From a virus (taxonomy: Duplodnaviria; Caudoviricetes): a stretch of DNA of 30,754 bases. The notes under the pieces are model-generated. The model saw nothing but the letters and a program-made list of their open reading frames with translations. It ran no database searches and had not been told where the DNA came from. Each line of letters starts with the position of its first letter. Position 1 is the stretch's first letter. Of this stretch, positions 1 through 7,737 are shown piece after piece. The position numbers and the translations under genes were made by a program. The stretch covers positions 1 through 30,754 of IMG/VR virus record IMGVR_UViG_3300032257_000080; one strand, written 5' to 3'.

Positions 1-577
1 ACTCTGACATTAGCTGCTGCTCAAGAGTGGCCGTAATTGCTGCGGCTTCCTGTACTTGCTGCGCTAACGCTGCTTTTGCTTGCTCAACTTCACCATTAAA
101 GGCTTTCTTGCTTTCCGCTAACTCAGTGGTTTTGCGGCGATAGTCTGCGTCCCGTTGGTTGCCGTTGCGTAATTCAGCAAGGGTAACTTCTTCCTCAACG
201 CCATCAATCTTTCGAGTAATCTTAGTATTTTCTAAGAAGTCCTCAATGCTTTGACCAGTGGCCTCAGCTAATTGATTAACATTTTCATAGGTGAAGTTCT
301 CGCCTTCTTCCGCGTCCGGTTCTTGTTCCTCAGACTCTTCTAAATTCGTTTCATCGTCATCTGATGCCTCAGTATCTACCTCATCGGCTTCTACATCTTC
401 ATCAGCGCTAGTATCTGTTGTTTGTTCTGTTTCTTCCAAAGCCTCATCATCGATAGGCTCTGCTTTCCCCGCTGCTGCGGCTTCTTGCTCATTCCAGCCA
501 GCTTCTAATTGTGCGGCTAGTGATTCGGTTGTAGTTGTTACTTTTTGCTCAATGGCTGAGGAATTCTCTTGGCTCAT
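1..577 (-). CDS. Capsid scaffolding protein (runs off the window edge)
   Basis: Not in ORF track. ATG at 577 with GGAG RBS; translates MSQENSSAIEQK..., very acidic N-half, then KIDGVEEEVTLAELRNGNQRDADYRRKTTELAE, typical of P22-like scaffold proteins; lies downstream of portal. Confidence 0.85.
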   Translation of the reverse strand, partial: MSQENSSAIEQKVTTTTESLAAQLEAGWNEQEAAAAGKAEPIDDEALEETEQTTDTSADEDVEADEVDTEASDDDETNLEESEEQEPDAEEGENFTYENVNQLAEATGQSIEDFLENTKITRKIDGVEEEVTLAELRNGNQRDADYRRKTTELAESKKAFNGEVEQAKAALAQQVQEAAAITATLEQQLMSE

Positions 578-602
578 CGTATGGCTCCATCAGGGGAATA
601 TG

Positions 603-617
603 TCGTCGTCACGACGA
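603..617. promoter_or_regulatory. Palindrome/hairpin TCGTCGT-C-ACGACGA in the scaffold leader
   Basis: Perfect 7-bp inverted repeat in the short intergenic gap, about 25 nt upstream of the scaffold ATG. Confidence 0.5.
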
Positions 618-629
618 GAGGTAAACCCG

Positions 630-881
630 TTAAAAAAATCTGTTAACTTTCTTCTGGTTATATTCTACCACTTTCTCTTCATTTATACACAAGCGGATAA
701 AATCAATCATTTCCTGCTTGATCTGAAAGCCTAATACTATGGCCAACATATCCTTTTCATTGTTTGGTGATGCCTGCCTAGCCTTGTCCATTAGCCCATC
801 GTCAATAGCGTCGAATATCTCAGCTAACAGTGGATTGTCGGCTAATAACTTAGCGTGCATAATAATTTCTTGTTGGTTCAT
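630..881 (-). CDS. Hypothetical head-module protein (between portal and scaffold)
   Basis: 83-aa ORF in operon orientation and tightly packed with neighbours. Confidence 0.75.
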   Translation of the reverse strand: MNQQEIIMHAKLLADNPLLAEIFDAIDDGLMDKARQASPNNEKDMLAIVLGFQIKQEMIDFIRLCINEEKVVEYNQKKVNRFF

Positions 882-883
882 CT

Positions 884-1309
884 TTACATTCTCGCTTGTA
901 ACTTATCAAGATCATCCATAAACACCATCATTTGTTTCTCTATGTATTCAGGCGTTTCATGCTTTCTAAAACCTGTGCTGTATTCCATATACAGATAATC
1001 TCTAATGGCCTCTCGCATTTTTTTAGCTATCTGATAAGCCATTTCTATCTTTATCTCTCTGTCACTGCTTGCAACCGCCTGCATACACCCGCTAACTACA
1101 CACAATTTTATTATATCCTGATAACCATCTTTCGAAAATGTGATTATCTTTGCATCACTATCACCCGTTTTTTCTTTGTCTGCTACGGATTTTATATGTA
1201 TATATTCATCGGCTGACTCTATATTGCTTAAGCCATGCGCCAATAAATTAGGAGCCGCTAAACTAGCTGCACCCGCCATCATTAACTTTAGAAAATCTCG
1301 TCTGTTCAT
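884..1309 (-). CDS. Twin-arginine (Tat) signal protein, paralog of 5740..6216
   Basis: N-terminus MNRRDFLK plus hydrophobic stretch; AGGAG RBS; C-terminal half aligns by eye with 5740..6216. Confidence 0.8.
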   Translation of the reverse strand: MNRRDFLKLMMAGAASLAAPNLLAHGLSNIESADEYIHIKSVADKEKTGDSDAKIITFSKDGYQDIIKLCVVSGCMQAVASSDREIKIEMAYQIAKKMREAIRDYLYMEYSTGFRKHETPEYIEKQMMVFMDDLDKLQARM

Positions 1310-1331
1310 CTTTATAGCTCCTATTGGTTGG

Positions 1332-3647
1332 CTATTCCATTACCGGCTCAACACCGATAGGCTCACCATCGGCATCATAAATGATCTTTTTCGGTCTGTT
1401 CATCTGACCAGCTAAGGATTGTAACTGCTCATTGAATCCGCTGTTCATACCGTTTAATGATTCTGCGTTTTCAGCTCTAACACTATTCAGCTCACCTAAA
1501 ATACCATCAATAGCGGCTGTTAAGTTAGCGTCATTCTGCTGCTGTTGTGCTGATAGAATAGAATTAAGCACCTCTTGAACACTAGCACCGGCCTTAACCT
1601 GCTCAACCGCAAGTGCTGTCTCTTGTTTAATATCAGCCTCGTATCTATCCGCTTCAATCTTAGCGGCCTCAATACTGCCTTGCATACCTGCGTTATATTC
1701 ATCAAGTGCAAGCTGTCTTTCCTTAAGATCAAGCTCTCTGTTTTTGGCCTGAATATCAGCATCCTGCTTTTGTTTCTGCAATAACGCCTTATCCTGCTCA
1801 ATCTTCATTTGTGCTTGTGCAATTACCTGTTCAGGTGTCTGTTCTGGTTTCTGCTGTGCTTTTTGTTGCGCTGCTTGCTGTGCTTCTTCTGAGTCTGGGT
1901 CTGTCCAGTACATATCGACATTCTTAAGATCAGAGCGCTCAACTAATCGGGCAAACGTATTATAAATATTCTTAGGCGTAACCAGTGGTGAGCCTTGCAT
2001 CAAATGGCCTTCTTGTTTCTCAGCCAATGTCCAAAGCTGTGCAATCTCTTTGTCTCGATTACCTGTACCCAGACCAACAACAACCGTCATATTAGTACGT
2101 TCTTTCCACTCCATCGGATTGATTTCAACATACTTGTTATTTAGCTTAACAGGTATAGTGCGATCATAGTGTTTAATGATTAGTTCGTGAATCATCAGGA
2201 ATGCGTCTTTAATGCCAGTCTCTGCAAAGTTACGGGCATACATTTCAAGCTGTTGGTTAGATTGCTGCTGTGCGCCTTCAAATGCACCATAAGTAGCCTT
2301 AGCCAATACCTCAGCATCAAGCCCCATATTATTGCGGCCCACGCCTGTTCTAAACTCACCGGCCTCTTTCAAGTGCTGCAGCATAGGCATAGATGCGCCC
2401 GCTGTGAATGGAACTAATAACGGTGTGATTGTGCCTGCTTTCTTAACTAATTTAAGACCACCAACGCGAGAAGTAAGAACACTGTCCATATTCTCAACGT
2501 CTTTGGCTACCACCTCTTTCTCAGGATTATTCGACAGATAAAGATTATCAAGCATCTGGCGTGTTAATACCGTAGTGACTCGCTGTATATCCATCAGCTT
2601 ATCAGCGTTAGATAAACCTAAATGCTGGTGAGGCATGGGTACAGGTGAGATGCAAGGGAATGGGATAAAGTCGCATTGCTCGCTATCTAAAATAACAGAG
2701 CCAACCTTGCTGTGCTTCCACAACTGAGAGCGTCCGTCTTCATCCATGTCCATGTAAATATAACATTCTTCAAACAAATGCTCTCGCATCGATTCGTCAG
2801 CAGGCTCGTGTAAGCTCGAGTCTTCATCGGTTAATTGTTCGCGTGATATCTCAAGTGTGCCGTTATTATCGCCTTCATAACCAGCTAAGCCTTTTACTAC
2901 GTTCTCATCAAAGCCCATACCTAATAGCTCTGATTGTGTAACTGGTCTGACATGCGCTACAAATGGTGAGCCTTTTAATGATAATGATGAGGTATTGTTA
3001 GAGATTCGCATCTCTTCATTTGGCACGTTAGCGACTTTAACTTTCTTTTCATTAACCGTGATTTCTAGCTTGATATCAAACAGCTCAACATCTATCTCAA
3101 TAGGCTGGCCAGTCATAGGATCAGGCTGAACAATCTTTTCAAAGTGCGAATCTTGCTCAATCCCTTCCGCGCCTTCTTGCGCCATGACCTGCGCTAATTC
3201 GTCCTCGGTCAGATTTGCATAAGTCTGAGTAGTTATCTTTTCCACATCCTCAATCCAGACCTTGATATAAGCATTCTTCATCAACAGCGCAGATTTAATC
3301 CACGTAAATAACAGCATGTAGCCGTCATTCTCTTTGTTAAAGACATAGTTTACATAATCGGTTTCTTGCTTGGCTTGTTCTTCATCTTCTTCGCCTGTCG
3401 CATCAAACTGAACAGTGCGCTCACCGGCTGAGAATACCCGCATCATGGCAGGCATAGTCCACTCAATGTTTTCCATTAACTCGCGGGTTGTTATTCGACT
3501 AAGACCTTCTTCCTCATCGCCGTACAATTCACCGAAATATCGATCCATTGCCTTGGATTGTTCAGATTCAAGGTCGGATGAATATCCACCCATAGAGTTA
3601 TTAAGCTGTTCATTAAGGATTGCTACGAGAGATGCGTCTTTAATCAT
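1332..3647 (-). CDS. Portal protein, P22-like, with long C-terminal coiled coil
   Basis: 771 aa directly after TerL; EQAKQETDYVNYVF and DIQRVTTVLTRQMLDNLYLSNNP segments and Q/A/E-rich tail match P22-type portals. Confidence 0.92.
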   Translation of the reverse strand: MIKDASLVAILNEQLNNSMGGYSSDLESEQSKAMDRYFGELYGDEEEGLSRITTRELMENIEWTMPAMMRVFSAGERTVQFDATGEEDEEQAKQETDYVNYVFNKENDGYMLLFTWIKSALLMKNAYIKVWIEDVEKITTQTYANLTEDELAQVMAQEGAEGIEQDSHFEKIVQPDPMTGQPIEIDVELFDIKLEITVNEKKVKVANVPNEEMRISNNTSSLSLKGSPFVAHVRPVTQSELLGMGFDENVVKGLAGYEGDNNGTLEISREQLTDEDSSLHEPADESMREHLFEECYIYMDMDEDGRSQLWKHSKVGSVILDSEQCDFIPFPCISPVPMPHQHLGLSNADKLMDIQRVTTVLTRQMLDNLYLSNNPEKEVVAKDVENMDSVLTSRVGGLKLVKKAGTITPLLVPFTAGASMPMLQHLKEAGEFRTGVGRNNMGLDAEVLAKATYGAFEGAQQQSNQQLEMYARNFAETGIKDAFLMIHELIIKHYDRTIPVKLNNKYVEINPMEWKERTNMTVVVGLGTGNRDKEIAQLWTLAEKQEGHLMQGSPLVTPKNIYNTFARLVERSDLKNVDMYWTDPDSEEAQQAAQQKAQQKPEQTPEQVIAQAQMKIEQDKALLQKQKQDADIQAKNRELDLKERQLALDEYNAGMQGSIEAAKIEADRYEADIKQETALAVEQVKAGASVQEVLNSILSAQQQQNDANLTAAIDGILGELNSVRAENAESLNGMNSGFNEQLQSLAGQMNRPKKIIYDADGEPIGVEPVME

Positions 3648-5245
3648 GCGATTGAGCCTGTTTTGTAGTTCAGTGTGCCGCCCCAGTCATTGGTAATATC
3701 AGGACTAATAACACTCATCATCAAAGAGTCCGCCAGATTAGGCGAGGGTATCTTGTGTTTATTCCACATATCTTCTTTGCTCATTATCTGAATCAATCCG
3801 TTACCGTTCGGCTTCTTAGGTATTCTACACAATTCTGCCCTTAATTGCGCCATGCATTTAATATCTGAGGACAAGCTAATCATCTCATCAGGGTCAATGT
3901 AAGCGTCTTTGGTTACTGCTAACCACGTATTATAGAATCTGTCTCTTGTCTTCCAGTAATACTGGGCACGTTTATTTCTAAAGGTTTGCTTATTGGTTCT
4001 TGCGTCTTCATTCTTTTCTGTCTTGTCAGGCTGGTATAAATCATCTGGATCATCCACGCCCTCAGAGCCTTTGAACATCTGGTACTTGCAATGCTTGTTA
4101 GTGAATGACTTGGCTACTTGCCGTCTTAACGTTACTCCTAAACCATCACAATCCCATGTAAACATATCTGCATTCACTTCTAAGGCGTAATCAGTAGCCC
4201 AATCACAGCCCTCATTCACATCACCGACTTTCTTTTCCTGTACATCCAGCACAACAGAGCCATGCCGATACACAAGCCCTTTAGGGTCATCACCTAAGTC
4301 TGATGGGTCATGAGAAACAATCTTAGTGCCTCGCGCTTCAAATCCTTTCTTGAGGTGAGCGTCAATAGCTGCATCAAACCATTCTACAGGGATAATACTG
4401 TTTTCAATCTCATCATAATACTGCCCGCCCCAGACATGATCATACTTAGCCCGACTCCACATCTCTTCATTTTTCTTGCGTTGAGTTTCTAATCGTCCAG
4501 GAAAAAAGGGATTGTCTTGATAATTAATCTCGATAACCAATACATGATCATCTTCATAGTACCCATCACGCAGCAAATCCCTAGCGTATGGCTCTAAGTG
4601 TTCTTGACTGATGGGGTCGGCTGAACTGCCTTTGTTGAGTGAATACCATATTTCCGCGTCTGTATTACGTATGGTTGGCTCTAATGTTTCCAGTGACCGA
4701 GCGCTAATCGTTGCGGCCTCTTCAATCCAGAAATCATCGAAATCATCCATCGACTTAATACCCTCCGGATTACGTGCTAACCCTCGGTATTTAACCGCGC
4801 CGCCATTCTCATGACTTATCTTGCTCTCACCTATTGAGAACCCCGGCAACTCTGATGCTGTTATTTTCTTAGATATGATGGAATGAACTGAATCTTCTAT
4901 ACTGTTCTGGTACTCACGAAAAGCACCGACTTTGCGCCCATAGTCTTTTACTTTGGATGCCATAATAGAGGCGATGTTCTCTGACTTGCCGCTGCCTCGA
5001 CTTCCATATATAACCTTTATGGGCTTTGGTGTGATCAATGCTCTTTCTAGCTTTAAAGGGATAGATACATCCGGCTCCTCTTCAACTTGAACAAACTCTT
5101 TGCCATTATCTTGCCAGCACCTTACCAATCCTTTATCAGGGCAAACAATACCAAACACGGTCATTCTCTTGGCTCTACGTCTTCTTAGCTCAATAACCGC
5201 CGCAGCCTGTAGCTCTAGCTCATTTCTTGTTAATGATTGCTGCAA
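3644..5245 (-). CDS. terL: Terminase large subunit
   Basis: Walker A GSRGSGKS, Walker B FWIEEA, nuclease motifs HDPSD and SPNLADSL; 533 aa. Confidence 0.95.
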   Translation of the reverse strand: MQQSLTRNELELQAAAVIELRRRRAKRMTVFGIVCPDKGLVRCWQDNGKEFVQVEEEPDVSIPLKLERALITPKPIKVIYGSRGSGKSENIASIMASKVKDYGRKVGAFREYQNSIEDSVHSIISKKITASELPGFSIGESKISHENGGAVKYRGLARNPEGIKSMDDFDDFWIEEAATISARSLETLEPTIRNTDAEIWYSLNKGSSADPISQEHLEPYARDLLRDGYYEDDHVLVIEINYQDNPFFPGRLETQRKKNEEMWSRAKYDHVWGGQYYDEIENSIIPVEWFDAAIDAHLKKGFEARGTKIVSHDPSDLGDDPKGLVYRHGSVVLDVQEKKVGDVNEGCDWATDYALEVNADMFTWDCDGLGVTLRRQVAKSFTNKHCKYQMFKGSEGVDDPDDLYQPDKTEKNEDARTNKQTFRNKRAQYYWKTRDRFYNTWLAVTKDAYIDPDEMISLSSDIKCMAQLRAELCRIPKKPNGNGLIQIMSKEDMWNKHKIPSPNLADSLMMSVISPDITNDWGGTLNYKTGSIA

Positions 5246-5618
5246 GCTCTTCGTCCGATTTGCCGGTTAGATCAATGCCACCAGAAAACTCTGTCTCTGT
5301 TTTATCCTTCCATCCAAAGTTATTTTTAAGGTTAAAGATAGTGCCTGTAACAGCGTTGCCGCCAAGCCTTTGCTCTAGGTGAATCTCTACTTTAGCCCTT
5401 GCTCTTTTTATAGCGTCAAGAAACTCATCTCTATTAGAATAATCTAATAAGCCTTGTCTGCTTAAATCTAGCTCGTAAGCGAGTCCTGCCATAGTAGGGT
5501 TATAGATCATTGCGTCGCCTGCTTTCATGTAAGCATTGCCGTCTTCTGCAAAGTAAGCATCGATAATAGCCTGCATTTCTTCTACTGTCTTATACTTGAG
5601 AGGTCTGCCACCAGCCAT
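5220..5618 (-). CDS. terS: Terminase small subunit (P22 gp3-like)
   Basis: GRPLKY...TMAGLAYELDL...TIFNLKNNFGWKDK pattern; immediately upstream of TerL. Confidence 0.9.
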   Translation of the reverse strand: MAGGRPLKYKTVEEMQAIIDAYFAEDGNAYMKAGDAMIYNPTMAGLAYELDLSRQGLLDYSNRDEFLDAIKRARAKVEIHLEQRLGGNAVTGTIFNLKNNFGWKDKTETEFSGGIDLTGKSDEELAAIINKK

Positions 5619-5740
5619 CAGATCACCACCAACGAATAAAGCCCGTAGCCAGCTAGAATCAGTATGACTGCATGTACTAATGCTTGAGCAATATCAAAGA
5701 ATGTTTGCCAGTGCTTTAGGGGTGTTAAATCTAGTTTCAT
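5618..5740 (-). CDS. Small membrane peptide (40 aa)
   Basis: Not in ORF track. MKLDLTPLKHWQTFFDIAQALVHAVILILAGYGLYSLVVI; TGATG overlaps at both ends fill the gap exactly; one hydrophobic helix. Confidence 0.7.
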   Translation of the reverse strand: MKLDLTPLKHWQTFFDIAQALVHAVILILAGYGLYSLVVI

Positions 5741-6216
5741 CAGCCTATATCCTTCTCTATTCTTTCCATGTCATCGACGTATATTGCCATCTGCTCTTTT
5801 TCGTATTCAGCAAAGTAAGGCGAATGTACTATCTTTCTGTAATTATCGCCGTATTGCTCATAGAAGAAATCTAATGTGGCCTCTCTTAGTCGCTTGGCTG
5901 TTTGGAATGCGATTTCTTGCGCTCTCTCTTTTTCTATTGCTTTGTCTCTATGAGTGCCTTTTATTCGTACTGTTTTTACCGCATCCTCACAGCCTTCTTT
6001 GCTTATTGTATATTTCTTGTGATAGGCATCACTTGGTATATCTTCTATTGATACCAGTCTAGCGAACCCATGTGCGTTAAATGTCGCTTTGATTGTGTCG
6101 TCTGGCAGTGATACTTTCTCATATTTGAATGTATCTTGATTGCCAGCCAGTAATATAGGTGCTTTCAGCCCTGCTGACAGTGCTAGTGTGGATTTTAGGA
6201 AGTTTCTGCGGTTCAT
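5740..6216 (-). CDS. Twin-arginine (Tat) signal protein, paralog of 884..1309
   Basis: N-terminus MNRRNFLK; ATGA overlap with upstream gene; similar C-terminal half to 884..1309. Confidence 0.8.
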   Translation of the reverse strand: MNRRNFLKSTLALSAGLKAPILLAGNQDTFKYEKVSLPDDTIKATFNAHGFARLVSIEDIPSDAYHKKYTISKEGCEDAVKTVRIKGTHRDKAIEKERAQEIAFQTAKRLREATLDFFYEQYGDNYRKIVHSPYFAEYEKEQMAIYVDDMERIEKDIG

Positions 6217-6512
6217 GGCCTTGTCCTCACGATAGATGCTTTAAGCTTTAATCTCTCTATTGAATCCAGCGCATCCTCTAAGTTGTCTCTGGTTTCATCA
6301 AGTATAAATATATATGCATTATGCGGGTCGGTATTAAGCTGGATAATCTTTTGCTGGGCGTTATCTGGTGTTAGATGTACGAAGTCAGGAGAGTGATATA
6401 AGCCCATTTCTCCATCAGTCAAACGTATTATATCTTTATCTTGCATATTGCAGAGCTTCTGCACTAGCCCAGTAGCGTCTGGATGGTCTTGATTAACTAG
6501 AAATATGTTCAT
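6213..6512 (-). CDS. Hypothetical protein
   Basis: 99-aa ORF, operon-packed with AGGAG RBS. Confidence 0.7.
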   Translation of the reverse strand: MNIFLVNQDHPDATGLVQKLCNMQDKDIIRLTDGEMGLYHSPDFVHLTPDNAQQKIIQLNTDPHNAYIFILDETRDNLEDALDSIERLKLKASIVRTRP

Positions 6513-6516
6513 TGTT

Positions 6517-6747
6517 TTAGCTCTCCTTAGAGTTGGCTATATTGTAGTGCTCTTGAAACTCATCTGCATCCCATATGTTTTGTGTTTGACAGCAAGGGCA
6601 GATAGCAGAACATAGTTTTCTTATTGGTACTTTTTCAGACCATGTATGCTCGCATTTACCGCAAGTAATTTCCCACTTCTTTTTTCCTGTAAAGTGATTC
6701 CATAAACCATTGGCTCTTAAATTTGATGGGTTTCTTTGTATTGTCAT
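6517..6747 (-). CDS. Small zinc-ribbon-like protein
   Basis: CGKC and CPCC cysteine pairs; GGAG RBS. Confidence 0.7.
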   Translation of the reverse strand: MTIQRNPSNLRANGLWNHFTGKKKWEITCGKCEHTWSEKVPIRKLCSAICPCCQTQNIWDADEFQEHYNIANSKES

Positions 6748-6777
6748 ATCAGCTCCGTTAGGTTGGCTAATGGTTAA

Positions 6778-6831
6778 TTACTTACCGCGACCTTTGCCGC
6801 CCTTGCGTTTCTTTGGTTTAAAACAGGCCAT
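6778..6831 (-). CDS. Basic mini-peptide MACFKPKKRKGGKGRGK (17 aa)
   Basis: Not in ORF track. AGGA RBS, ATG at 6831, TAA at 6778-6780; K/R/G-rich. Confidence 0.6.
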   Translation of the reverse strand: MACFKPKKRKGGKGRGK

Positions 6832-6846
6832 TGTATTAGTCCTATG

Positions 6847-7020
6847 TTAATCGTCTAAGCTAGGGGTTAACTCAAACTCGTTTATATCTTCTAACGTATC
6901 ATCATCAGAATGCTGCTGGATGAATAAAGCATAGCGCAAAGAGTCTATTTCTTCCTCTCTGATTCGCTGTTTGTTTAGCTTATATTCAAATAAGCTGACT
7001 ATGTTGTCTTTGATCTCCAT
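6847..7020 (-). CDS. Hypothetical acidic protein (57 aa)
   Basis: Not in ORF track. MEIKDNIVSLFEYK...; AGGTGA RBS. Confidence 0.7.
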   Translation of the reverse strand: MEIKDNIVSLFEYKLNKQRIREEEIDSLRYALFIQQHSDDDTLEDINEFELTPSLDD

Positions 7021-7050
7021 AGATCACCTGTTAGGGTGGGTTTTAGGTGA

Positions 7051-7251
7051 TTATAGCCCAGAATTGTTCTGTTTTGTACTATGAGGCCATAAGTTAAGTT
7101 TATGCTCTAATTTTTTAAGCCTGCTTTTAATGTCTGCCATCTCTTTAGCGGTATCTTTTTTTCCTGCTTCAAAAGCTGCCGCTGCCAGCCCTACTTTCGT
7201 ATAAGTGTTGTATTGATCTTCTTTTGATTCTAGCCATTCGTGAAAATCCAT
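7051..7251 (-). CDS. Hypothetical protein
   Basis: 66-aa ORF with GGGAG RBS. Confidence 0.7.
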   Translation of the reverse strand: MDFHEWLESKEDQYNTYTKVGLAAAAFEAGKKDTAKEMADIKSRLKKLEHKLNLWPHSTKQNNSGL

Positions 7252-7353
7252 CTTATTAACTCCCGTAGGTTGGTTAAATTTTCCAGAATATTCGGCAAAA
7301 TCACTCTGGCATGACCTGATACCCCAATACCCGAAGATATTGTGTCTGCCTAA

Positions 7354-7737
7354 TTAACTTAATAATAGCATTATTGCCTTTTTATGTCTCCTTACTCGTT
7401 TCTTTCTCTCTTTCTCGACTCGTTGCAGCTCTTCAACTAATTCACGGTCTAATCGCTCTGCTTGTAGTGTGTCGTCAAAGTCAGGCGTTTTCTTGACTAT
7501 CCGTAGCTTAGGCCGTTTCTTAGGCTTTATTTCCTCAATGAAATCTTCAAGGATGTCATCTGGTTGCTGTGTCCAAGGGAAGAATGACTTATCTACATAT
7601 TTAACCTTTCGCTTAGGGGGTGCGCCGCCAGCAGGCTCGACTATCTCCTGCTCTACCTTACCATTAAAGCTGCCATATAATGACCTAGTGCCGCCATAAA
7701 GCCCTAATCTGGTTGTTTGTGCGCCAGAGAAAGCCAT
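7354..7737 (-). CDS. Hypothetical protein, possibly virion-associated
   Basis: 127 aa, abuts the 534-aa gene; charged C-terminus ending IMLLLS. Confidence 0.7.
   Translation of the reverse strand: MAFSGAQTTRLGLYGGTRSLYGSFNGKVEQEIVEPAGGAPPKRKVKYVDKSFFPWTQQPDDILEDFIEEIKPKKRPKLRIVKKTPDFDDTLQAERLDRELVEELQRVEKERKKRVRRHKKAIMLLLS

Noticed and set aside
291-734. 147-aa Ser-rich plus-strand ORF
   Set aside because: Antisense shadow of the acidic scaffold gene; Ser runs mirror Glu/Asp codons
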